The notes under the pieces: generated by a model
What the model saw: the letters and a program-made list of their open reading frames with translations, nothing else
What the model was told of the DNA's origin: nothing
Databases searched by the model: none
Shown here: piece after piece, positions 21,475 through 33,300 of the stretch
Layout of the letters: each line of letters opens with the position of its first letter
Position numbering within the stretch: the stretch's first letter is position 1
Program-made: the position numbers and the translations under genes
NCBI GenBank assembly: GCA_000002445.1
Contig: CM000208.1
Span: forward strand, 768,001-832,000
DNA: 64,000 bases
DNA from: Trypanosoma brucei
Lineage: Eukaryota
Direction of reading: 5' to 3'

Positions 21475-23796
21475 ATGTCGGGTCGGCGTGTCACAGTGGA
21501 GAACACGGCATCACCATCGCCTCATTCGAGTGCAAGCCAACAACCACTGCAAGATATCATATCATCACCGGAGCGGCAATGCCACTCATTTCATGGATAT
21601 TATGGTGTGGGAGGTCAGTGTGGTACGCACTATCCATTGGTGGAGGCGACGGCGATGAACTTTAGTGCCGCGTTAGGTGAAGGTACTTCTAGCAGCAATG
21701 CCGTCTCCCCCGAGCAGGACCCACTACTAGAGGGACTGCGTGAGAAGGAAAGGCAGTTCGACGCTCGAGTTGCCGCACTGGACAAAATGTTGATATGCGC
21801 ACAACAGGGCTGCACCCAGCGGGATAGTCTGATTGACAGATTGAACACTGAAGTGGGTCGATTGCGGAAGCAACTTCAGGAATCGAAGGGCACAGGAAGT
21901 AAGCCCAAGGAGATGCGGGGAAGTGCCCTCGAAGGAGACACTACAGCTCTCGAGGAGGCTCGGGCAAAAATTGAGGAGATGAGTAACAGGTTGCGTGAAA
22001 AGAGCCGCCGCTTAATGGCACTGGAAAGGCAATTGGGGTCGCGTGGCGTCGACACCGAAGAGGGTGCAGTGGTTGGAAGAACGGCACCACGAAAGAACCT
22101 AGTCGAAGAGCAAGGACAGCAGAAGCGAGCTCGCTACGCCGCCACTCTACGGTCGTTGCAAAAGGAAGTTGGTCTGTTGGAACAGAAGTATCGTGTGATG
22201 ATGAAGGAGAAAGAGTCTCTCGCGGAGGAGAACCAAAGCCTTCGCCGGAGGGTTGATCGCATTCAGGAGGACGCAGAGGCGGAGCTAGTGGGAGCTGTGA
22301 GAGCGACACACAAGGCGTTGGGTGAAAAAAAAGATCTTGAAACACAGGTCATGGCGACGCGGTTGAGTATGGCGAGACTCCTGCATGTTCTCAGCGAGGT
22401 TCCAGAGATGAGCCGGTATCTGCGCGTTGACGGAGTGACCGGAGACCTCTTGTTCATCGGTTACGCGGCTTTACCGTTGAAAGAGACTGCAGATGGAAGT
22501 GAAGTTGGACGATCTCACCGTGGCGGCTTATCCTTGTCTGCCATGGGCACTGGTGTTGACGACGGAATTTACGGGGGAAGCGCAAAAGCGCAGTCGCACA
22601 ACATTTATCTGAACGGGAAGTGGTGCAACCGTCTACGCGAGATCGTTGACGATGAGAATTGTTTCTTTCGCCGTGCAAAGGTTCATACAGGGGAATTGGA
22701 GGATGTGACGCACTCTCTTGTGGGTGAAAGTGTTCCACGAGTACCGCTCCCAAGCGATGTGCTACAAGGGCGTCAACGCGACAGGGACTTCTGGATTCCG
22801 TATGGTGTTTTCGTGGAAGCGCAGAAGTTCAAAAATCGCTATTTTCCTTCCATGAATGTCGAGTGTTTCTATCCGTTTCTCTTTTCCATCAATGTTCTAT
22901 GGAACAAGCGTATGATGCAGCGGGTGACAACCGCAACAAAGCGCGTTAGTGAGCAACAGGAGAGGCGGCGGAAGCAAATGCTGAGATGTATGAAAAGGGG
23001 AGGGGAACACTATCTTGGATCTCTCTCTCCCTCTACTGGCAGTTTCTCCCCATCCCCGTCAGTAGTGGCACTGCGACGCCAGTTGCAACTTCTGCGTCGT
23101 GAGGTACAGCGGCGCGTTATAGGGCGAAGCAGTTTAGACTTGTTTCACCGTTACGACCTGCTGGTAAGACGCACTCTGCAATGCTTGGAGAAAACGCACA
23201 GGGGTTATATTACACCCTTGAACCAAGCACAACAGAGTGGCACAGCTGGGTCCGTGTCCTCAGACACTGACTTTACTGGTGAACATGTCAATGTGTCGCC
23301 GCTGTGGCGTGACGAATCACCCGAAGAAATGAAGATGAATAACGGCAGCGATGTCAGTGGAAGTAAAGAAAGTCATTACCGCTGTTCCCCATCGATACCA
23401 TTGGCGGGGTTGCTGAACATCAGCCAGCGTGCGTCAACCCATGTCCTTGCATCTTGCAGGCACTTGCGAGAACTCCTCGAGGCCCTGCGCAAGAAACACC
23501 GGTGGTTCTCCCTCAGTGACCATCACTATGAAGGAGATGAGGGTGTGCGGTTAGCCTGTGGGGCAGAACGCACATGCGTGCCCGTATCTACCCTTCACCA
23601 CCTTATTGAAGGTGTGGTAGACTTTGTGGGGGAGGTACAGCAAGAGGTACTGAAAGCGCACAATGCTGTGGAAAAATACTGCACCCACCAGAGGGATGGA
23701 AATGACGTGGTGCTTTCTGCACTCAACAACCAAAGAGCTTCCCGTATTATCGAAGGAGTTTGGAACGACATTCCGTGTGAGGGGGTCAGTGAGTAG
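21475..23796 (+). CDS. Hypothetical coiled-coil protein (773 aa).
   Basis: ATG start. Residues of roughly 80-290 form an E/K/R/L-rich coiled coil (LREKERQFDARVAALDKML...). The rest is protein-like without a recognisable domain. Confidence 0.6.
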   Translation: MSGRRVTVENTASPSPHSSASQQPLQDIISSPERQCHSFHGYYGVGGQCGTHYPLVEATAMNFSAALGEGTSSSNAVSPEQDPLLEGLREKERQFDARVAALDKMLICAQQGCTQRDSLIDRLNTEVGRLRKQLQESKGTGSKPKEMRGSALEGDTTALEEARAKIEEMSNRLREKSRRLMALERQLGSRGVDTEEGAVVGRTAPRKNLVEEQGQQKRARYAATLRSLQKEVGLLEQKYRVMMKEKESLAEENQSLRRRVDRIQEDAEAELVGAVRATHKALGEKKDLETQVMATRLSMARLLHVLSEVPEMSRYLRVDGVTGDLLFIGYAALPLKETADGSEVGRSHRGGLSLSAMGTGVDDGIYGGSAKAQSHNIYLNGKWCNRLREIVDDENCFFRRAKVHTGELEDVTHSLVGESVPRVPLPSDVLQGRQRDRDFWIPYGVFVEAQKFKNRYFPSMNVECFYPFLFSINVLWNKRMMQRVTTATKRVSEQQERRRKQMLRCMKRGGEHYLGSLSPSTGSFSPSPSVVALRRQLQLLRREVQRRVIGRSSLDLFHRYDLLVRRTLQCLEKTHRGYITPLNQAQQSGTAGSVSSDTDFTGEHVNVSPLWRDESPEEMKMNNGSDVSGSKESHYRCSPSIPLAGLLNISQRASTHVLASCRHLRELLEALRKKHRWFSLSDHHYEGDEGVRLACGAERTCVPVSTLHHLIEGVVDFVGEVQQEVLKAHNAVEKYCTHQRDGNDVVLSALNNQRASRIIEGVWNDIPCEGVSE

Positions 23797-24080
23797 CACC
23801 AATGGAGTCGGAACCGCATTTGGCGGTGGTATATCCTGAAGTGATATTGTGGTGCATGGATGAAATGGTGATGAGGACATTGCGTGCCCCAGCGTTCTCC
23901 CTCCGGCACCATTTTCAGTTTTACAGTAAACACATACACCTCTATTGTATTTTCCTCTACGTTGGAACAAGCATGAGTGCTCAGACCATGCACCATCAGC
24001 TGCGGCGTTGCCTGAATCCCACGCGGCCTTCATGAGGTAAATCCTCACATTATGGAGGACGTATCGAGAAAACGAGCTAA

Positions 24081-25136
24081 GTGTCATTTTCCATCAGTTG
24101 CAACCCTTCCTCACCATGTCACACCAAAACGGCCACCACTCCAACAAGGTTTTCTATTCGGGTCACTGTGGAACTACGAATCCGACACAACTGGGGCAGC
24201 ACGTGGCAGGACCAAGTGAAAGGCAACGCGTGCATTGAAACAGTGCTTGATGTGGGCCTCTTGATATTTGTCTGCAGAGTTTTGTCTTTGTTCACACTTC
24301 GGTGGTGTTGCCTTCATGTGCATGTTCCCCGCATTTGTTACTTACTCTCGTCTATTGCCTCTCTTTGGTTTTTAACAATAAGGCAATATCATCAAATACT
24401 GTGCAGGGATGGACATAAAAAGGAAACTGAATTTGACCTCGTTGGGGTGTGGGTTTCATTTGAGAGGGACTGTAGAAGTCTCTCGGTAAGTCAAGGTTGG
24501 ATCGCACTGCTACGGTACTACCTGCAAGTAACGGAACTCATCCTGTGCAACCTGCAGAAGGATAAAGAAATTTGGGATAATGCCCACACGTTGTTAAATA
24601 CTGCATTTACTTTTGTGCAGCTGCGGGAGTACTATGAGTCGAGACATAGAAGTGACGAAGGTGCACTCGCTGCTGATATACGAAAGTTCTGCCGGAACAA
24701 CCTAAACAATTTGGTTCCTAATATACGACGGCTCTCACAGTCCTTTCCATCCGCACAGGATAGCACGGAGGTTAGGAAGCTGTCCCAACGAGTTGAGTGG
24801 AGAGACCTTCTACACAAACTCCCAGAGTCAATTAATTCTGTGTATTTTGAAGCAGAAGTGAGGGAAACCAAGGAGTTTGCCAAAAGGGGCGTCGAGGGCA
24901 GTGAAAAGGCTCGGGCAGAGTCATTGAAGAAGCATCTCGAACAAATTGACAATATGTCGACCGAGGACACTTTGAGGAATATCAATAAAACCATCAACTT
25001 CTCTGGTGGGTGCTGGTATAAATGCCCTAAAAGACACTTTTATGTTGTCGGAGAGTGTGGCAGCCCTGCAGGGGAAGGAATAGGTGGGGTGGGCCACATC
25101 TCATTCCCTGGCAATACATCTGTTGGGAGGTTTTAG
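24081..25136 (+). CDS. Hypothetical protein with a C-terminal RZ-finger-like motif (copy B of 7760..8893); start unresolved.
   Basis: Near-identical to copy A over the shared region, with 3 nucleotide differences that are all nonsynonymous (A to T, L to F, L to F). The ORF again opens on a GTG that lies outside the repeat, so the N-terminus differs from copy A. This supports the view that the 5' portion is not translated as drawn. Confidence 0.4.
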   Translation: MSFSISCNPSSPCHTKTATTPTRFSIRVTVELRIRHNWGSTWQDQVKGNACIETVLDVGLLIFVCRVLSLFTLRWCCLHVHVPRICYLLSSIASLWFLTIRQYHQILCRDGHKKETEFDLVGVWVSFERDCRSLSVSQGWIALLRYYLQVTELILCNLQKDKEIWDNAHTLLNTAFTFVQLREYYESRHRSDEGALAADIRKFCRNNLNNLVPNIRRLSQSFPSAQDSTEVRKLSQRVEWRDLLHKLPESINSVYFEAEVRETKEFAKRGVEGSEKARAESLKKHLEQIDNMSTEDTLRNINKTINFSGGCWYKCPKRHFYVVGECGSPAGEGIGGVGHISFPGNTSVGRF

Positions 25137-26817
25137 GAACCGGGAGGGTGTCATAGTGGACGAACTATTTCCTGTTGTAATGATAAGTGGAATGGAATAT
25201 AATGTAATATGTGATGATGTGAAGTATGGAGCATAATTTGAATGGAACTAATGATGGAATGGGGTTTTTGTGGATAGGAGTGCATCTCCTGTTGATCATG
25301 CAATCCATATCCCTTAATGAGGGCACAGCACTCCTTATTAGTACTTTTACTTTTACTTTGCTTTTGCTTTTTCTTTTTTTGCTTTTGCTTTTGCTTGTTC
25401 TGTGAATGCTATCATTGGGTGTCTTATGCCCTTGCTTCTGTCGTTTGGCTGCTTTTGTTACTTTGTCAGCCACTTACTATATTACCATCCTTTACCTTAA
25501 TTCTACCTCTCTTGCACACATACCACAACTGGGATACTAAAAGGGGGGTTATTGAACGGTAACAAACAAAATAACTCGTGCTCTGATTAATTGCATCGCA
25601 ACGTGGTGGTTTCGAGATGTTCCATCCCCAATTGGTGGCGGGTGGTGCCAATCGCGCTGCACCGGCAGAGGAGCTACGCGACACAGCCGAGACGGTGCAG
25701 ATATCGTCTTTGGCATTGCTCAAAATGCTGATGCACGGGCGCGCTGGGGTGCCGCTCGAGGTAATGGGTTTGATGATTGGTGAGTTGATTGACGACTATA
25801 CGGTCCGTGTATCTGATGTCTTCTCCATGCCTCAAACGGCCACGGGTCAATCCGTTGAAGCTGTGGACCCAGAGTATCAAGTTCATATGTTAGACAAACT
25901 CTCCGTGGTGGGTCGACCGGAAAAAGTTGTTGGGTGGTACCACAGTCACCCTGGTTTCGGCTGCTGGCTTTCTGGTGAGGATGTAATGACGGCGAGCAGC
26001 TATGAGCAACTGACGCCGCGCAGCGTGTCGGTAGTGATCGACCCTATCCAATCGGTCCGCGGCAAAGTAGTAATTGACGCCTTCCGCACCACGAAGGACC
26101 CGCATACGGGGCCGCGAATCATGTTCCAAGAGCCACGACAGACAACAAGCAACATCGGGTGGCTGACGCGACCTTCTCCTATTGCTCTCACCCGTGGGTT
26201 GGATCGTGACTATTACAGTCTTCCCATTACCTTCCGCAAGAAAAACCACGAACTTGCGCTACTCCTCAACGTCTACAAGAAGGGTTGGCAGGAGGGTTTC
26301 CGATTAGAAAACATGACACGTTTTGACCGCAATACGGTGCGAGAGAAGATGCGTGCGCTGGCGTCGCTTGCCGTCCAGTCGGAGCGATTCATTGTTCAGG
26401 GTCTCGATGAAGATGATGTAGGCAATGTCGGTCGAGCAAATCCCATTGCGCATCTCCAATCCGAATCGGAGGGCCTAATCAACGCGAGTCTTAACCAATC
26501 CATAGGAGCGATGATTAATGGGGTTGTCTTCTGAGGAAACAGGGTACATTGCGTGTGCTCCAGCTATTACTGACCATACTTTTTATATGCGCTACCGTGT
26601 TGATTTTTTATCACCCTCTCTATAACGTTTACGGGGTGTTATGCTCCTTTTCTGCACTCCCGTTTCTGTGACAATGTGGCGTGATTACAATCAGCGCAGG
26701 ATGGCATTTGCTAGTGATGTGGTGTCATCTTCGTGAATGGCATGTCATTTGTTTGTGGTGGGGTAATTACTCGTCCTGAATTTCCTAGTGATTCTACAAA
26801 CATATCTCTGCAATACC
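24088..26817 (+). repeat. Segmental direct repeat, copy B.
   Basis: See copy A. The flanks are unique on both sides (the 3' UTR of the 21475..23796 gene on the left, an AT-rich spacer on the right). Confidence 0.9.
25617..26534 (+). CDS. RPN11: 26S proteasome regulatory subunit RPN11 (copy B).
   Basis: Protein identical to copy A (305 aa). I saw one synonymous nucleotide difference (gatcgc versus gaccgc), and the JAMM motif is intact. Confidence 0.9.
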   Translation: MFHPQLVAGGANRAAPAEELRDTAETVQISSLALLKMLMHGRAGVPLEVMGLMIGELIDDYTVRVSDVFSMPQTATGQSVEAVDPEYQVHMLDKLSVVGRPEKVVGWYHSHPGFGCWLSGEDVMTASSYEQLTPRSVSVVIDPIQSVRGKVVIDAFRTTKDPHTGPRIMFQEPRQTTSNIGWLTRPSPIALTRGLDRDYYSLPITFRKKNHELALLLNVYKKGWQEGFRLENMTRFDRNTVREKMRALASLAVQSERFIVQGLDEDDVGNVGRANPIAHLQSESEGLINASLNQSIGAMINGVVF

Positions 26818-26942
26818 CCTGTGGCTTTGTGGAAGTAGATCGGCTGACTTTGTTTTTTCTTTATTATTGTTTTTTTTAAATATATTTAGCACATCTTTAA
26901 TTTGTTATTAACTCATTTATTGTACTAAGTTCCGCTTTCTTG

Positions 26943-27350
26943 ATGTTTTCACGAAGCTTTGTCGGACGAATGGGTAATGGCACGTATGGAGGCTGGCCGT
27001 GGCCTGTGAAGTTGCCCCTCAAACGTGGCTGGCATCACGAATTGGATCGCCATCAGAGTATCGCTGAGGAATCTCGAAGGTACATTTTATTTGGTGACGC
27101 GCTGTTGGTTTCTATTGTTTTGTACTCCGTGTATCGGCTTTATTATTTAGCCCTTTGTAGTGACGCGTATCGAACTCACCTATCTCACCTCAGTGGAGCT
27201 CCCCCCGCCATCATAGCGAACAGCTTTGACTTCGCAAACCTCGAAAATAACCGTACGGTGCCGCGGGCAGTTCTCGACGAATATCGCGAGGCTGTTGTTG
27301 ATGGAAAAGTTAAGCGCGCTCCTATTGAGAGCATCATCTTCAAGTACTAG
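26943..27350 (+). CDS. Small hypothetical protein (135 aa) with one predicted transmembrane helix.
   Basis: The track start is a TTG, and the ATG is at 26943. It has a hydrophobic segment 'ILFGDALLVSIVLYSVYRLYYLAL' and sits directly downstream of repeat copy B. Coding status is not established. Confidence 0.35.
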   Translation: MFSRSFVGRMGNGTYGGWPWPVKLPLKRGWHHELDRHQSIAEESRRYILFGDALLVSIVLYSVYRLYYLALCSDAYRTHLSHLSGAPPAIIANSFDFANLENNRTVPRAVLDEYREAVVDGKVKRAPIESIIFKY

Positions 27351-30300
27351 GCAAATGAAGGGGGACAGGAACGCATGAGTAAACCTGAGGTGATGTAATG
27401 ACAACTGCAAAGTGTGTCGCACCTCCATCTTTCCACAGCTGTTCCTCGTCTCCCCTTTCCCATGGTCTGTAGAGCACCTGATAAGTGGGAGTCATCATGA
27501 GAGTTGTCTTTCCACAGATTCCTTTCTCTGATCGGGTTTTCGTAGCGACTCTAGTAATCCACTTACTACCATCACTTCCTTATTATTGTTCTTTTTTTCT
27601 TTTTTCTTATTTAGGTACGTGGGGAAGATGGGGAGAGGGCAAGAAAAAAAGGTGGCTGGGCCAGTGGTAATAGGGATTTGACCAGTTGAACCTTACACTA
27701 ATACGAAAAGACGACCCTTCCATTATAAAGCGCCAAGTTACGGTTGCGAAGAAAACGAAATGTACGTGCACTGACCCTTCTGCGGGCCAGAGAAAGCAAA
27801 TGCATTACACACTGTGGTTTTCCTGGCCGGCCGTTTCGTTTGTTTTTTTGTCCTTGAGTTCTGAGTTCTCGCGCTTGATATGGTGTTTCCTCCCTTTCGT
27901 CTCTTTTTTTTTCTTTTTAACTCTTTCTTTTTTTCCAAAATTTTCCTCGCGGTAACCACTGAAAATTCCACCAACCCAACAGTGTCTAAGAAAAGGGCCA
28001 AAAATGAAAACAAGTAATTGGCAACAAGAGGTACCACGCAAGTAGAGCGAAGCATGCGGATGAACGTTATTTCAATTGCCGTATGTCGTTAAACACCGGA
28101 GTCTCAACCGCGCCCACGGCCCACTGTTCCTTAAGCGAGCAAAACACGTGGGATGCCGCTGCGTATGTGTTTGTCGGGAGGGGTGAAGTTTTGCAGTTTT
28201 TTAACCCTTGGTATCTCTGAGTTAATTCGGGTGTTGTGGGGACTTTCCCACTTTCCTTACAGCATGCTCCGTCGAGGAAGCGATAGTACAAAAGTAAAAA
28301 CACAAGAAAGTATTCAATTCTGAGTGGGAAGGGGGAAAACAACAAAAGAAAGCGACGCTCAACAACAGCAGCACCGATGGGAGCGGCTCTCACGAAATCG
28401 AGAGGAGAATTCAAGAGGTAACATCGCGTATTTAACCACATCGTTTCACGAAGGGTAGACGACTTTCCCCCAAGTGCAACTCTGGAAAGTGAGAAACGAA
28501 TCTGGGGGGTTTGGGCCTGTGAAGCGGTTATTGCTCGTTGTTCCTTTTTCGTGGTTTATTTCCACAAAGTGCCATCGAAGAAACACAATTCACACCGATG
28601 GGAACACGCGTAGGAATAAATGATACTATCGCAGCAGCACTGGGCACACGCACAAACATCGCGGGGTACCATCAAAAAGAAAAAAAACTTTTAATGACTG
28701 GTTTCAAAGCGGCACAACAACATTTGCGTAGTGTAACTTCGATGGTGACGCTTTGGTTATCACCGTCGAGCAGGGTATCACACTAAGGCAACTCATGGCG
28801 TAGTCGAAGGCTCGTCGCGGCCCCTTCTTGTTTTTACTTGATTGCACCGTTTCCCACCTCTAATAATGCGGCGTCAGTCTCCAATAAGTGCGAAACATGC
28901 GGCAGTGGCCGGTTGTGGCGGCTTTCTGATTCACCTTTCCTGCTCACTAGGTGTGGGCGCACAACTTTCTTCATCCCATGTAGGAGTCATTGCGGAAAGG
29001 ATTGTCTTTCTTCCCAGTAGCACGTCGTGTCAACCATCGAATTTCAGAGCGTAGCATTATCTAAGCTATTGTTATACGAAGTTGTGCTTTCGTTTTTTGG
29101 AGGGAGAAGTATTTTCCACTAATAGCGTGCCTGTTTCGTCATTTGCTGAATAGTGCGAGGGGGGAAACCGCGGAAGCTTCACCCCGGTGCTTAGTATTCG
29201 CCCTTTCGGGTCTATCAGTCCACACCCTGCCCTTAATTCCCTCAGAGTACTGCATTCACTTGGGCGGCATGACGATCCTTCACACACTACATTTGGTTGT
29301 CGGTGGTCATGTACTTTTTTCGCGGTTGTGTGCTTTCCCTGGACGCCGTGCCAACCGACATTTATCATACCTTTTTCCATAGACTGTACGGGAGTTACCC
29401 TTTCTCCACGCTTGACCTCATGTTCCTCCTTTGCGCCCGTCCCCTGTACCCAACATTTGCGTCGGTGGAGTGACTTCCGCTTGAACAATCCACCGCAACT
29501 CACCGTGGTACGTAGGAATGCACACACTAATAATAAATCTCCCTTCAACATCCCCAGCTGTGACTGCAGTCGCTCCAATAAGTTCCCTGATGCCCAGGCC
29601 CGGTTATGAGGCGTTTCGCCGACTTAGTCTTTACATTGCCTCCTCCTCCTGCCTTCCTCCACCATCTGGGCAGCAGGTGGGGTAGAATTAAGTGGAGACA
29701 AGTTACATATCGAGCGGGCTGCGGAGCGCTAGGGACTGGCCTTCCTCGGGTCTCGGAAACTGCAACTCTCCCCACTACTTCCCCCATCTTTCTCCGCACA
29801 CATTACACGTTGTCGACGTTGAGCGCCGACTCTCGTTAATGCAACCCAAGGCACTTCAATGTGCCGGTGGGGGAACTGGGCAAGAATAGCGCCTCACGTC
29901 TACGCCATCCTCCTTCTGGCAGATGTGACAAAGCAGATTGCTGTGGTATGCATTTGGGCCTCTTTCCTTAGTCGAACCTCTAAGGTTCCTTTTCTTTCCC
30001 GACAACCCTCTCACTGCATATGCCCCTAGTGGCGGATCTGTGGCGGTTTGCTCCCTCTCTCAGCCGCCTCATTTTCGTCTGTTCCACAGTGGGGGAAACG
30101 CCGCATTAAGACGGAAGCGTTCCGCTCCATACGTCCCAGCATTGACCCCCATATGCGTCGGAAAATGCCCTCCTTCATGTTGGCTCTGTCTTTCGCGAGA
30201 GAATTGGTAATGTTGAACCTCTGAAAACGGCTGCTTCAGTCCTAACACTATCCTCTCGGAGAATTTTTTAAAGGACATCTTCCAATCCCGTTCCCCTTCC

Positions 30301-33300
30301 CTCAAAATAAAAACGCTTTCACAACCACAATAGCGTGATGATCCGCCCACCCGCTTGCGCATCTTGGTTGCCACACCCACCCTATTGAATGGAGGAGTCC
30401 CTATTGCGAGCGGTGAGCCTAAACTAACCGCACAGGTGGCCCCAAATGGGCAAAGCACGTTGTCGTATTTCCCCCTTCTTCTTAATATGTGTGTCTTTCC
30501 CTCCTTATACATGGCATTTGCTTTTGCTCACCCTGAAGGAGGGGCCCTTTTTCTTGGTCTCGCTTCTTATTGTTGTGTTTTGGTCAAATAGTGTTTTCCC
30601 GTGAGCGTACCACGTTGTAACACCATCCCTTCAAATCATTTAATCACTCATGCGTGCGATGTCCCGAAGGGCTCGATTTCTCTTCCATCACGCGGGATGA
30701 CCCTCCCCTGACCACAAGCTGAACAAAACATCCTATTGCTTATTGCACCTCAAGAGTTGATGGATCGGCCGCGCCTTCTTCAGGGTGTCGCTACCGGTCC
30801 TGCTGGACAGCCCTCCGTCTACAATGCTCCCCGTCGGACCATGTAACATTTCCATCGTGCTTTTATCATTTATGAATGTTGAGAATAACCACGGTCCGGC
30901 CTCGTAGCGCACACGCACACACACAGCTGCACCAACCCCTGATGGAATCCCCAGAATACTCATGTGACCCAGTCCGGTGAGGAAACCGCTCCTAACTTTA
31001 CCAGCATGAGCCTGGTTATTATGGACACTTCTTGCGCACATAACTCCACGACTCATACAGGCTTCGTTGTGTGGCCCGGTTACTTTGGCGCCTTCCTCGA
31101 CGCATACATCTACGGGTCACCATAAGATTTAGTGATGGACGCGTTATCCCCCGAAACAGTATGCGCCCGCTTTGGTAGTTTAAACTTCAATGAAGTCATC
31201 TTTTGATCACTAGGTATCGTGGACAGGTCCAGCCCGTGGGGTTACATTTCAGCTTCCGTCAACCCGCCTCCGTTTGCGTTAGCGTAAGGTTGCCGGCGGG
31301 GAAAAGGTTTCATATATTCTGTTTACATTGGTTAGTGACTCAGTGGATCTATCGTTCACGGCCATGAACAAAACAAAGTCGGACACCGTTTTTTTTTTGC
31401 CACACGGTACGGCTATATGGGGCCTTCCCAAAGTACTGTCGGTTTATAATGACTCTTGCTACCTTGTTGGGTGAAAGTTTCTTACCCACCACATAATTTG
31501 TAGATTAGAAAAAAACTTTCTCGGCTGCCCCGAAAATGACAACATTTCCCATGGGTTCAAACTCACGAGTGTAGAGTACGAATTTCACCGTGACGAGCAC
31601 CGTCGATTCGTACCAAGTTGCGTCTCCAATCAACTGAGTTATGGATTCTACTGACAAGGTGGGCGCAGAAACCTTTTCCTTTTGTATACGCAACCAACGG
31701 TCAACAGAATCCACAAAACTCCTTTGAAGCAACCGCTGCATTGCTTTGTAATTGGCGCAGGTGGGCGCTGTTAGTTTTTGGCGATGCCATGACAGAAGTC
31801 CCCTTGCTTTCCCATAACGCCAGTTCAATAGCTTCACACTTCCACTTTCCCAACGCTCCCCGGTATTTTCGATTCCCGTTGAGTAGTTTTTACATGTAGT
31901 TTAGCCCGTTTACCTCCATGTGCTTTAGTTGGTCTACCATACACGCCATTTTCTCCAGAAGAGGGGATTGGCGATCTTCCCGTGGCAACAATCGGCTCAA
32001 CCATGCGAAACAGTTTGTGTTTCGCGTCTTTCCCACCTCCGACACGTTCGTTACCGGGGCATCTGAGAGTTTTGTCTGTCGTTGGTGGCACATATTTGCC
32101 GTTGGTCGCTACCCCTGCTCCTTCTATCAGCATCTTGCCGTTTATCACTGGTGGAAGGGTTGGTCCCCATTCTGGGGCGTGCACCGCGTTCGAAAACTTT
32201 TGATCCTTTCCCCCCTTGACAACAGTCTGGCTCCGTTATTTTTCTGGTTGTTGGAAACTTTTTTTGTAGATTGCTTTTGCCCTTGTTCTGATGTTTCTAT
32301 TATTACTTGTTCCGTCATGGAAGCTTTCACACATCCTCCTCTGGCTCTGAAATCTCTTTGGCCCCTATCTGACAACCACTGCTCCGTGCTTCGCGTTGGC
32401 CCTTGCCGCCGACTGGCGTGGAGTTCCGCACACCGCGTCGTTAGGACTGTTCCCACACTTTTTAGACTTGTAAAATCATTTTCACCATTCCCACCACGCT
32501 TTTTTTTTTCCAGTGGTGACCAACCTGCCTTCCTCCGCCGGGAGGGATAACTTCGGCATGCACCTGGCATCATCTTTCCAACACCCGACCAAACAGTAAT
32601 GCCAACAGTCGTCCATTGCTGCCGACAGGCCTGCGTACGGCGCTCCGCTGTGACACTTCAAGAAACCCCCCTGGAAATCGGCGCGGTCCGTGCCTCGTTT
32701 TGCGGTTCGTCCTCCTTCGCCTGATCGCCCATGCGCTGGAGATTCCCATTCCTTCATTTACGTACCAGTCAGCAGGCGGCTCTCGCCCGCCACGTTCTTG
32801 GGTATGCGTTCTCCCGGGCGAGGTGGCGAAAGCTAGCTCCCACTCCTGGGAATGGTGGCTCCTCCGGCACGTTTAGTTTTTCTGAGGTCTCCGCGTTCGC
32901 GTTGAAGCCCGTCGGGAAGCGGACTGCCGTCGCACCAGTTTTTGCATTACGGTTGGGCGCTCCTACTGCGATTGGTTTTTCCGACTCTCCCGCACTTGTC
33001 GTCAATTTGGAGCCCCGCGCCGTTGCAAGCGGCGATGGGCGAACCACGCTGTTCCGTCGTGCCGAGGTCCCATGTTCTTGGAAGGACTCCTTTTTCGACG
33101 AGAAACGTCTCTTAGCAGGGAGCGTCGCATCACCTCAGAACGTCGGCACGGGGACGTGACGGAGGCTGATGGATCTTCCGTCGCAGTGTTACAACTAAAG
33201 GCGTATGTCCACTGGGGGCACGTTGCTTGACGGGTGCGGTGACACGTCGGTCGTTGGGTCTGATCGTTGTGAGACTGTTGCGGGCAGCGCACCGGTTCCC

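Noticed and set aside
21255-21665. Overlapping 114- and 136-aa ORFs just upstream of and overlapping the 21475 gene start.
   Set aside because: They are out of frame with the much longer, well-supported 21475..23796 ORF and have UTR-like composition.
31540-31570. tRNA T-loop-like 'GGGTTCAAACTC' motif in the gene desert.
   Set aside because: The flanking bases do not form a T-stem, and no D-arm or acceptor pairing is evident. Similar 'TTCGA/TTCAA' hits elsewhere in the desert also lack cloverleaf context.
31918-32550. 210-aa + strand ORF (and neighbouring 60-140-aa ORFs) in the gene desert as real genes.
   Set aside because: The translations are W/C/F/R-rich with no motif. They are overlapped by equally long ORFs in other frames and on the other strand, which is what high-GC non-coding DNA produces.
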